Positions 1 through 9,511 of a stretch of 35,054 nt of DNA are shown here, piece by piece. The notes under the pieces were generated by a model. It was not told where the DNA came from. It searched no databases and worked only from the letters and a program-made list of their open reading frames with translations. This stretch comes from Thraustochytrium aureum. Lineage: Eukaryota. The DNA lies in contig BLSG01000221.1 in assembly GCA_012862495.1 (NCBI GenBank), positions 62,001 to 97,054 of the forward strand, given 5' to 3'. Position 1 is the stretch's first letter; each line of letters begins with the position of its first letter. Both the position numbers and the translations under genes were made by a program.

Positions 1-1
1 G

Positions 2-2087
2 CTTGAGCTGCGCCGAAGGTACATGAATGAGAGCCTCAAAGCGATGTTCTCGGCGCAGAGGCTCAAGGAACCAGAGGCCCAGGTCGTGCCGCCGCCTCGG
101 CCGTCAACCGCGGCGCAACTAGAGGCATCTTCGACGCTCGAGAGGAGCAGCAGGTTGCGCCGCGGCTCGACGAGCGAAGACGAGAGCGGGAGCAGGCCAG
201 GCGCGGAAATACGAGCGGCGCTTTTTAATCCGAGTAGCCTTGGGGCGCTAGAGTGGGGTTCGATGCCCCTGCTAGCCGCGGGGGAGCGGCGCTCACGCTC
301 CGTGCACTCTTGCGGGCCTCTCGCCAGTGGCCACCTTCGCCAGCTGCACAATGCTCCTCTCGCCGCCTCACACGTGTCGCCCTCATCCAGTTCAGTGTCG
401 TCCGCGAGCTCGATGCTGAGACCGCGGCGCCGGAGCTCGTCTGTGAGCCTGCGGAGCTGGCGCCTCGACCGCGACGAGACCTGCAGCGAAGGCGGCTTGA
501 GCGCTTCAACGCACTTCGGAGCCTTCTCCCAGCAACGAGCTCGACCCACCGGCGACGCCATGCACGGCTCGGAGCTCTCGCCGTTTGTCATGGACGACGT
601 TTTCTCGGGAGCGGCAGAAGAGGACTTTTGGGGCTCGCCGCAACAGGACGGGCGCCTCGCGCCGAGTCAGGGCCGGCAAGAGGCACAGACAGTGGGAGGC
701 AGCGCAGCCGGCGACGGTCCCAGTGAATCGGACAACGGCGAGGACGCGGAAGAGTCGTCTTGGCGTGTTGTGAAGCGCACAGACTCTACGCTCTCATCGA
801 GTAGCGACGGCTGCATACGCAGCCGGGGTGGCAGCGACTCAATCGGCCGGGCAGGCCGCCTCGGGCCTCGTCGCTCGAGCGCTTTCTCATCGCCGGTCGG
901 CGTTGGCTCGCAGCGTGACACCGCGTCCTCAACGCGAGAAAGGGGCGGCGCTCAGTTTAGCCCGAGCTCGCCGGGCACTCTTGTTGGTGCGCACCAGGTC
1001 GTGCGGCGGAGGAACGCGTCTTCGGATCAACTCTCGCTAGCGGCGTTTGCCCGCACCCATCGCCCAAGCACAAGCNNNNNNNNNNNNNNNNNNNNNNNNN
1101 NNNNNNNNNNNNNNNNNNNNNNNNNNNNNNNNNNNNNNNNNNNNNNNNNNNNNNNNNNNNNNNNNNNNNNNNNNNNNNNNNNNNNNNNNNNNNNNNNNNN
1201 NNNNNNNNNNNNNNNNNNNNNNNNNNNNNCGCCCAAGCACAAGCGCTGGCAACCTGGATTCCTTGCTCGCGCCGGTGCACAGGCGGGCCGGGGCAGGTTT
1301 CGCACCTGCGCTGGCGAGCCCCGAGTCAGCCAGCGTCGTTGGTCCGGGGCTTCAGCGCCTGCCCGGCGTCGCGTCCGCTACGTCGCGGCGGTCAAGACTG
1401 AGCGGCAGGCTCATGATGCAGTCAGGCGCAGCGCCAGACCACCCCGCCGCGGGGTCGTTTGCGGAATCGCTGCGTTGCCTGCGTCTGAACGACAGGCGCG
1501 GCCCCATTGTCCTGGACGCCCGGTCGGGTCACCGCGCGCCGGTACGCGGACAGAGCTCGATGGGGTCTCAAGAGCTCGCTGCGGGGACGCTGGGGGCAGT
1601 GGTCCTGCAACTCGAGCAGGCTGGCGCGAGCTGCTGTCAGACGCACTTTGTGTTTGGCGGTCGCTCAGCGGAAGACGTCGTCGAGTTGCAAGACCTCGTT
1701 GAGGACAAGCTTTACGGGCGGTCGCCTGTGCTGCTTGATCGCGTTAGCACAGCGTGTCGGCAGTTTGCAGCAGTGGAGCAGACGCTGGCGACCGTGGTTC
1801 GCGATTGCAAAGTCCGGGGCGAGCCCCTTGAGGACGCGCTAGATGCCATGACTCGGGCGCGCGCGCAAATGCTCAACCTGTCGCACTGCAAGGGATCGAT
1901 CTCGGTGGGCATGGATGCAGACTTTGTCATTCTCGACGCGGACTCTGACGAGCCGCGCGTCGAGTCAACGTTTTGCGCCGGGCAACGAGTGATTCTGCGG
2001 TCCGGGCCCGAGGGCGACTTGTGCTGCACGGCAGCTCGGCCAGGAACCTTCCTGGATAGCTACCGCGCGGACCCGACCACGGGCTGA
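2..2087 (+). CDS. Amidohydrolase-superfamily-like protein (allantoinase/dihydroorotase/NagA-type C-terminus) with long Ser/Arg-rich disordered region; 5'-truncated
   Basis: Frame is open from position 2 (LELRRRY before the ATG at 23). Both sides of the 1076-1229 gap share 15 nt (RPSTS), which joins ORFs 23.. and 1047..2087. The C-terminal KGSISVGMDADFVILD...VESTFCAGQ matches the amidohydrolase beta-sandwich signature. Confidence 0.6.
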
Positions 2088-2149
2088 GCGCGGACCCGGG
2101 CACGGGCTGAGCGTTTTTGAAAGAACCAATTTGTAAGAACATTTTGTGC

Positions 2150-2180
2150 GTGAGTGAGTGAGTGCGTGAGTGAGTGAGTG
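2150..2180. repeat. (TGAG)n microsatellite between convergent genes
   Basis: gtgagtgagtgagtgcgtgagtgagtgagtg read directly. Confidence 0.85.
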
Positions 2181-2387
2181 ATCGCCGTTGTCGGCGTGCA
2201 ATAGAGACCAAGTGCGACCGTCACGGCTCGCGAGCTGCGGACTCCGCTCGCTCAGAGGCCTGCGGCAGGCGTCGGTGCGCTTGCGGACCCGACGGCTCGA
2301 CCTGCCTGCTTGTCTCGCCGACAGGATCAGGCTCGCAAGCAAGTCTATTTCACAGGCTTGCCAATGGAGCGCGCCCGCACCCGTCGT

Positions 2388-3175
2388 CTACGACAAGTTC
2401 TGGCTACTGCGCTTCGAGCTGGTCTGCTTGGCCATCTCCAAGCGGTGCTCGAGGATGCGCGGCAGGTCGAGCGTCATGTTGCTCAAGATGCTCGGGTGGT
2501 TGCTCACGATCTGTTTGTACTCGCCGTAGTCGATAAAGCCGTCCCTGTTGCTGTCCGCCTCCTCAAACGTGGACCGGATAACAAGCTCGATCTGCTGCGG
2601 GGTCATCTGCACGCCGTTCTCCAGCAGGCTCGTCTTGAGCATCGAGGTGAGCTCCTCGTTGGAGATTTTCCCGTCGTTGTCAAAGTCGTAGATCCGAAAC
2701 GAAAACATCATCTTCTCGTCCAGCGTGCCTCGGATGCAGAGGATCGAGAGCCCGCAGAGAAACTCTTGGAAATTGATCTTGCCGTCGTCATTCTCGTCAA
2801 ACAGCTGGAACAGCCGGTCCACAAAGAGCGAGTCGGAGAGACCCATAGCCTCGCGAAACTCGCTGCGGTCGATGTAACCATCATCCGTCTGGCTCGAGGC
2901 TATTGAGCGAAAGTGCGTGTACAACCCGTCGATCTCCTCTGCGCTGACTGCACGGCACAAGCACAGCCAAACGGCCACATCTAAGGTCAGTCGCGCACGC
3001 AGCAGAGCCAGAGGCACGCAGGCGGCCTTCCTAGGCAGCCAGCGCGAAGGCGGCGGCGCAATGCAGCGTTCCGAGCCGGAGCGGCTCTATTCTGCAACTC
3101 ACAGTGTGTCTGCACCATCAGCTCCTTGACCTGCTTGCGTTTCAGCGAGCTCGTTGACGACTTGGCCTGGCCCAT
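2388..3175 (-). CDS. CBL: Calcineurin B-like (CBL-type) EF-hand Ca2+ sensor; exons 3175-3103 and 2947-2388, 210 aa
   Basis: MGQAKS N-myristoylation-type start. Splicing restores THFSAEEIDGLYTHF. Extended EF1 SIASSQTDDGYIDRSEF, SLFVDRLFQLFDENDDGKINFQEF, YDFDNDGKISNEEL, ADSNRDGFIDYGEY. Confidence 0.9.
2948..3102 (-). other. Spliceosomal GT-AG intron (155 nt, phase 1) in CBL
   Basis: Donor GTGAGT, branch-like CTGAC about 40 nt before acceptor TGCAG; splicing restores the frame. Confidence 0.9.
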
Positions 3176-3531
3176 CCTCCTGCGCCCAGCAACCAGGCGC
3201 GTCTCCTCCGCCCTCCGCAGCACACCGCCGAGCCTATTACTTTCCACGCGTGGCTGTCGCTTTTTCGCCCGGGCGCGGTCGCTCGGAGTCCTTGCAGCTC
3301 TGCTTTGCTCTCCGTCGCGTCCAGCGGCCGTTGCGATACAAGGTGATTGATTGCCTCCACAGCAGCAGCAGCAGCAGCGAACGGCGCAGGGCGAAGGGAG
3401 GGGCGAAGCGGCGAAGTGGAGCAGAGGGCGAGTGGGAGGAGGCCGCCAGCCGCGTGCGAGAGAGGGTGGGCGCCGCTGGGCGGGGAGCGAGGCGAGCTGC
3501 GCGCTGATCGGTCGATCACCTCGGCAACCTG

Positions 3532-3627
3532 AGCGCTGCTGGGTCTGCAAGAGAATAGTGAATAGATCACTGTTCTTTACAGCGCTGCTGGGTCTGCAGA
3601 GAATAATGAATAAATCACTGTTCTTTA
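3532..3627. repeat. Imperfect tandem duplication (~49 bp x2, partial third copy at 3651) in the CBL/methyltransferase divergent intergenic region
   Basis: AGCGCTGCTGGGTCTGCA(A)GAGAATA(G/A)TGAATA(G/A)ATCACTGTTCTTTA at 3532 and 3581. Confidence 0.85.
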
Positions 3628-4071
3628 AAGTTCGTTCGGAAGGGAAGGGAAGCGCTGCTGGGGCAGGTTTTAAAATCGCACAAGCATTTCATTCATGAAT
3701 GAATGAAGGANNNNNNNNNNNNNNNNNNNNNNNNNNNNNNNNNNNNNNNNNNNNNNNNNNNNNNNNNNNNNNNNNNNNNNNNNNNNNNNNNNNNNNNNNN
3801 NNNNNNNNNNNNNNNNNNNNNNNNNNNNNNNNNNNNNNNNNNNNNNNNNNNNNNNNNNNNNNNNNNNNNNNNNNNNNNNNNNNNNNNNNNNNNNNNNNNN
3901 NNNNNNNNNNNNNNNNNNNNNNNNNNNNNNNNNNNNNNNNNNNNNNNNNNNNNNNNNNNNNNNNNNNNNNNNNNNNNNNNNNNNNNNNNNNNNNNNNNNN
4001 NNNNNNNNNNNNNNNNNNNNNNNNNNNNNNNNNNNNNNNNNNNNNNNNNNNNNNNNNNNNNNNNNNNNNNN

Positions 4072-4793
4072 GGTCGTCCAGCGGTTTGGAGCGATGCACT
4101 TGTGGTGTGGCCGAGCAGCGTCAGGCTTGCGCAGTTCGTTGTGGACGGCGTGAGGGAAGGGAGGTTGGAGAGGAAGCAAGGCAAGGTCCTGGAACTGGGC
4201 GCTGGCCTCGGACTTGTCTCGCACGCACTGGCGCAGCTTGGGCTCGAGTGCGTCATGACAGACCTGGAAGAGCCGCCGTGCGCGAGCGATAGTGCAGCTT
4301 GCCCGCGTATCGAGCACGAGGGCTTGCCGCCCCCGGTGCCGCCGGCATTTTCCCAGTTCGACTGGGCCGACCCGCCGCGCGCTCGCGCATTGCCGGGCTG
4401 GGTCCATTCTCGTTCATTCTGGCAGCCGATGTAGTTTACTCAAAGCCCGCCCACGAGCCGCTGGCTGGAGCTCTCGCAAGCTTGCTTAGGGCTTGGCCTG
4501 AGGCGACTTGCTTGCTCTGCCTGCAGATCCGCCGGCCGCGAGAAGAGGCCGCGTTCCTCGCAGCAACACTCGCCAAGCACGGCCTTCAAGCAGCAGCAGA
4601 GCTTGGCGGGGACACCGACGCGAGGATCTCTGCGACGGGCAATCCGGACTTGACGCCGCTGCACCTGCGCTTCACTCGCATCGTGCGGATTTCGCTCGCG
4701 GCGGAAAGCCAGGGCCTGGGCCACGCGCCCGCCGAGCTCGAGCAGCTTCCGGACGGAGACGGCTCAGCCGAGCAAGTTGGTTTGTATTTGTAA
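4072..4793 (+). CDS. METTL21/Methyltransf_16-family SAM-dependent protein methyltransferase; 5' end in gap, one apparent frameshift near 4371-4373
   Basis: VWPSSVRLAQF, VLELGAGLGL (motif I), VMTD and FDW in one frame, then ILAADVVY (DxxY motif) in the next. Adding one C at 4371-4373 joins them as DPAARSRIAG. Confidence 0.85.
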
Positions 4794-4919
4794 CTGCACT
4801 TTTCCACTAGCTCTACGAGAGACATGCATGCGCAAAACACGACGGCGGCAGAGCATCGGTGCGCTCTCGGCCCCAAAACAATAGTAGGTTGCTCCCCGCT
4901 CCCCAGCGCGGGGCTGCGC

Positions 4920-6050
4920 TCACACCCAGGTGCGCCCCGCATTGAGAAGGAACGAGTACTTGCCATTCGGTGCAGGACTGTAGTATGCGGGGCCTGGCGG
5001 TGCCCACCCACCACCCGGGGCTCGCTTGCCACTGGAGCGGAAGCTGCTTATTCCAGCAATAACGCGCGACTTGGGAACTGGCTTGGGGTCGTACGCCCCC
5101 GGTCCGGGCACTGACGCCCGACCCCTCTCGGCGGGCGTTTCCCCAAAGCGGTCCACCGCGTTGGCAGCAAACATGGAGGACGGCTTGGTTCCGCCATTGG
5201 CGGGCCCGCGACCAGGGCGCCAGCTTGGGCGGCGCACTTCCTCCACGCGCAGGTCGCCTTGGCTGCCATGAGGCTTGCTATATGCCCCTGGCCCCGGCGT
5301 TTCGCGCTTGCCGCGCGGTACGAGGGCGTCGCTTCGGCGCGTGCTCGAGCGAAAGGCAGCGGTTGCGCCGTTCGTGCTGCGGCTCACAGTGGGCTCGTAG
5401 GTTCCCGGCGCTGGTGCCTCGCTAATGGGCTGCCCCCCGCGCGGCGCTGTGGACACAAAGGCGGATAGTTTGGCCTTGCGCTTGTACCTCGGCACCTGTT
5501 CGTGCCACGCTTCGTATTGGCCGGGCGCCGGCCCTGCCTTGGCCAAGTCGAGCCCCGCGCGCGGAGGCGCGCTGAACGCCGCCGAGTGCTTGGCGCGGCT
5601 AAAGTTCTGCTTGCCTCGCACGCGATCTACTGCCTGCGCGTCGTAGGTCCCTGGACCAGGAGCAAAGTCGCACGCGTCGGCCTGGCCACTAAACCGGCTT
5701 GTTTGGGAGACAAACCCGATCCCATACCCTTTTCTGGACACCGACCCACAGTCTTCGGGTCCTTTGACATACTTTTCAGGCCGGTAGTAGCTTCCTGGGC
5801 CTGGGGCTAGGCCTTTGGCTTGTCGAAACCTCTCGCACCGGTTGCCGAAGGCGTCGCGTGCCGGGCTCCGGTCCTCCCGCAGGACTGTGCGATACCTTGT
5901 GGGAATCGACGGCGCTGTCCTCTCCTTTGCGCGCTCCCCGCGGGCAGAGGTCGAGCCACCGCGCACTCTCTCCGCGCGGCCTCGACTACGTGGCGACGCG
6001 GCCTGGGCCCTCTGTCTCTCCGTCTTGTGCGCGAGCTTTGTCGTTTCCAT
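4920..6050 (-). CDS. STPG1: Sperm-tail PG-rich repeat (SHIPPO repeat) protein, STPG1-like, 376 aa
   Basis: About seven P[G/A]PGxY repeats, N-terminal PSIP...F...RF...PGPGSY...VSRKG block, and C-terminal SFLLNAGRTWV, as recalled for STPG1. Confidence 0.8.
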   Translation of the reverse strand: METTKLAHKTERQRAQAASPRSRGRAERVRGGSTSARGERAKERTAPSIPTRYRTVLREDRSPARDAFGNRCERFRQAKGLAPGPGSYYRPEKYVKGPEDCGSVSRKGYGIGFVSQTSRFSGQADACDFAPGPGTYDAQAVDRVRGKQNFSRAKHSAAFSAPPRAGLDLAKAGPAPGQYEAWHEQVPRYKRKAKLSAFVSTAPRGGQPISEAPAPGTYEPTVSRSTNGATAAFRSSTRRSDALVPRGKRETPGPGAYSKPHGSQGDLRVEEVRRPSWRPGRGPANGGTKPSSMFAANAVDRFGETPAERGRASVPGPGAYDPKPVPKSRVIAGISSFRSSGKRAPGGGWAPPGPAYYSPAPNGKYSFLLNAGRTWV

Positions 6051-6405
6051 CTCCAGGTCCGGCTCGTCGCACAAACCGCGCCCCACTGGACTGGCAGCCG
6101 AGCCGCAATCAGTTAAAAGCAAGCGCCGGGCGCCGCCTGCTGTCCCCTGGGGCCTGCTGCGCTCGCGACCCTCGACCAGCGGATTGGATTCTGGCACCTT
6201 CTGGCGCGCCGCTCGGCACAGGGCGCACTTGCTTGTCCGACCACAACGGACATTTGGCAGCAGCGAGTTTGTCGCCTCTCGCCTCGTCGAGCGACGGCCC
6301 AGGTGACTGACTGGCCGGCGTGGCGATGCGCGAGGAGGAATCAAAATAGAGATCAGTTGGCATCGGGCTTATGGTACTCTCGGGATCGAACGCGCTGCGA
6401 ACTAC

Positions 6406-8230
6406 CTACCGCTTCTTGGCGCTTTGCTTGGCAATCTTTTGGCTCCGCTTTTTGATGTGCTTGGGCATCTTGGTCTTGCGCTTGTCGCGCTTGTCCTCTT
6501 TGAGCTGCTTCTTGTGGGCCTTGCGCAGCTCGCGGTCGGCGCTCTTCAGCGTGAAAGCCGCGTCGCCCCTTCGCCTTGCAAGCCGCTCGGCGCGCTTTTC
6601 TGCGTACGCCTCGTCGTCACTCTCCCACTCGTCCGAATCTTCTGAATCCGCGTCAGAATCCGACTCGCCCTCCTCGTCGTCCTCGCCTTCCTCCCCGTCA
6701 TCCTCGCCCGCATCGGCCGCGGCTGGTGGGCCAGCAGGTGCCGCTCCTTGTTCGTTTATACAATCCGCCGCGCCGTTGCTGTCCTTTGTGCAATCAACAG
6801 CGCCGTTGCTATTGCCGGGAAGAGGGGCGGCTGTGTCCGGCATGTGGATGCCGGTCATGATGTGCACGAGCTGCCGATCGGCGTCCGTCTCCACGCGCTC
6901 CGATTCGCGCTCAATGTCAGCGAGCTGCGTGAGGCTCGTTGGAATAAAGCTCTGCAGAAATACCCGCTGCTCAACCTCGGCCGCATTCGCACTCGCCTCC
7001 GTGACAGTGGCAGCACCGGTCTCGATTTCGTCCTGGATCCGGTCGAGGGCGGCGTCCATTTGCTCCTCAGAGCAGTCAAACGACTTGTCAACCACAAACT
7101 GGAACGCCTGCGTGAGCGACATGGTGCTGAGGCCCTTGCGCTTGAAGAAGGCGTTGGTGTTTTCGATGTCGAGGCGCAAGAACTCGAGCGCGCGGGGGTG
7201 GTCCATCTCCACGGACTGCGACACGTCAATGACGTAGATCACGCCGTCAAAGTACAGCAGGTTGTACTCGCTGTAGTCGCCGTGGACCAGCTTGCAGAGC
7301 TGAAACATGCGGCGGAGGATCTTGATGCACTGCACGTACGCGGACCGCACGCGCGCCGTGCTCATCACCGCGTCTTTGAGCCGGGGGGCGGGCCACCCGT
7401 TCCGACCGATAAAGTCCATCAGGAGCACGTGCATGCGCAGCTGCCGCGGCTCGGGGGCAGGGGATTCCCGCGGTATGGAGCCGCTTGAGGTTGCGCATCT
7501 CCTTTTCTGCCCACAGTTTTACCATTTTGCGCGGGTTGCCCTTCCCGTAGCCGCCCTTGAACCGATGCTCGCCCGTGACGTACTTGTCACGGTCTTTGAA
7601 GACCAAAATGGACGTCTTGAAAACTTTCACGGCGATGTCGCCCGTCTCGCACACCGCGTGGTACACGTTGGCTTCCTTCCCTGTGCTGATGCACCCATTA
7701 ATCTCGTCAAAGGTGCCCCGGCTCAGCATCTTGAACAAGATCAGCCTGGTGCGCGGGTCCATCACCTGCTCTGTGGTTGCCCGGTCGTCGCGACCCTGGA
7801 TGCGGTTTTGGCCTTGCTGCTTTTTTTCGCCACGCTTCACGTCGTTCAGCGCCACTTGCGAGAGGCTCACGCGCTCGAGATTGATGCGTTTCTCCATGCT
7901 CCTCAAGGAGTGTTCGCGGGGCTGGAGCGCGGCGCCGGCGTGCGCGAGACTCGCACCTTCGCTTTCCTGAAGCGCCCCACCACCCGCAGCTGGGACCGCG
8001 CTGGGGGAACGGAAGGTGCCGACCCTTCCGTCGTCATCAAAGTCGTCGTCGTCGTCAAAGTCATCGTAAAAGTCTTCTTCGTCAGCAAGCTTGGCCGCCT
8101 CGACGTCGTTCGCACTAAAAACCAGAGGCCGCGTCACCGCAGCCGCACTCTCCGCCCGCCGTTGCTCTGCGGCTGTCTCCGCTGGCTTGCCCTTTGGCGG
8201 CACGGCCCTCGTCAAGACCGGCTGCGCCAT
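6406..8230 (-). CDS. RIO1: Atypical Ser/Thr kinase RIO1 (40S maturation); one apparent +1 error at 7453-7457
   Basis: DRATTEQVMDPRTR, GCISTGKEANVY, FKTSILVFKDRDKYV, WAEKEMRNL, LVHGDYSEYN, IDVSQSVE, acidic then basic tail KTKMPKHIKKR. Removing one base from the G5 run gives IPCPEPRQLRMHVLLM. Confidence 0.95.
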
Positions 8231-8271
8231 GCCGACCGCCGCCACCTTGCGACTACAAACCAGCCAGCCGC

Positions 8272-8321
8272 GCCTGCCCTCCTGCCTGCCTGCTTGTCTG
8301 CCTGCTTGTCTGCCTGCCTGC
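8272..8321. repeat. Degenerate (GCCT)n microsatellite in the RIO1 5' region
   Basis: gcctgccctcctgcctgcctgcttgtctgcctgcttgtctgcctgcctgc. Confidence 0.8.
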
Positions 8322-9511
8322 TTCGCTATCTGCTCGAGTATCAGTAGACTCAACTGCCTGCCTGGCTCTTCCGCCCTCGAGCGCCGCGACAGTTTCAGGC
8401 TCTGCTGCCCGTCCAACTCGCGCGCGCTCGCAACCAGCCGTCCTCGCAGGGTGTGCGCTCGTTTCTGCGACCTCGCCAGGCCCACCCCGTGTTTCGACCA
8501 ATTCAACGTTTGGTTGATTGAACACACCAGGGTGCGCTCTCGCGTTTCGGTCATTCGCGCCTCGCAAGGTGTGCGAAGGACGTGCNNNNNNNNNNNNNNN
8601 NNNNNNNNNNNNNNNNNNNNNNNNNNNNNNNNNNNNNNNNNNNNNNNNNNNNNNNNNNNNNNNNNNNNNNNNNNNNNNNNNNNNNNNNNNNNNNNNNNNN
8701 NNNNNNNNNNNNNNNNNNNNNNNNNNNNNNNNNNNNNNNNNNNNNNNNNNNNNNNNNNNNNNNNNNNNNNNNNNNNNNNNNNNNNNNNNNNNNNNNNNNN
8801 NNNNNNNNNNNNNNNNNNNNNNNNNNNNNNNNNNNNNNNNNNNNNNNNNNNNNNNNNNNNNNNNNNNNNNNNNNNNNNNNNNNNNNNNNNNNNNNNNNNN
8901 NNNNNNNNNNNNNNNNNNNNNNNNNNNNNNNNNNNNNNNNNNNNNNNNNNNNNNNNNNNNNNNNNNNNNNNNNNNNNNNNNNNNNNNNNNNNNNNNNNNN
9001 NNNNNNNNNNNNNNNNNNNNNNATACCTGCGCACTGCGAAGAGACGCAACGCCGCAGAGACGCAGAGGTGCTGCGCAGTGTTGCTGCTTGGAGCATCAGC
9101 GGCCGCAGCAGGTGCAGCGGAAGCTGCAGGAGGCGAGCAAGGGCACCCACCGCCGGGCTCAGCCCGGTTGACGCAGAAACGCGAAATTGGGCCGCGAAGG
9201 CCACAGGCCCAGGTGACGGCGAAGAGGACAAAGGCGGGGACTGACGAGGTGCTGCGCTGTGGCGGACCGGGCGCTGCTACGCTGGTTTTCGGGCGGCCGA
9301 GCCCTGCCTGGCAGCTCCGTGCGCCGCAGAGCTTGCGGCGAGGTTCAGGCGGACACGGCCAAAAAAATCAAGCTCTTGGTAGCTACAGGGGCTCTGCATG
9401 CCAAAGCCAGCGCGGGGCTGCTCCGCAGACCTGATTGCCGGCCAGCGCGGCCGTGGCTGGTCCGCCACTGGGCTCGCCAAGCGCGAACGGACCGCGTGAA
9501 TCGGCTGAAAG

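Noticed and set aside
7453..7457. RIO1 pseudogene or programmed frameshift
   Set aside because: Lies in a G5 run, motifs intact on both sides, no recognisable slippery-site/stop motif
6371..8347. Long plus-strand ORFs opposite RIO1 (and similar antisense ORFs elsewhere)
   Set aside because: Shadow ORFs expected at high GC; no motifs
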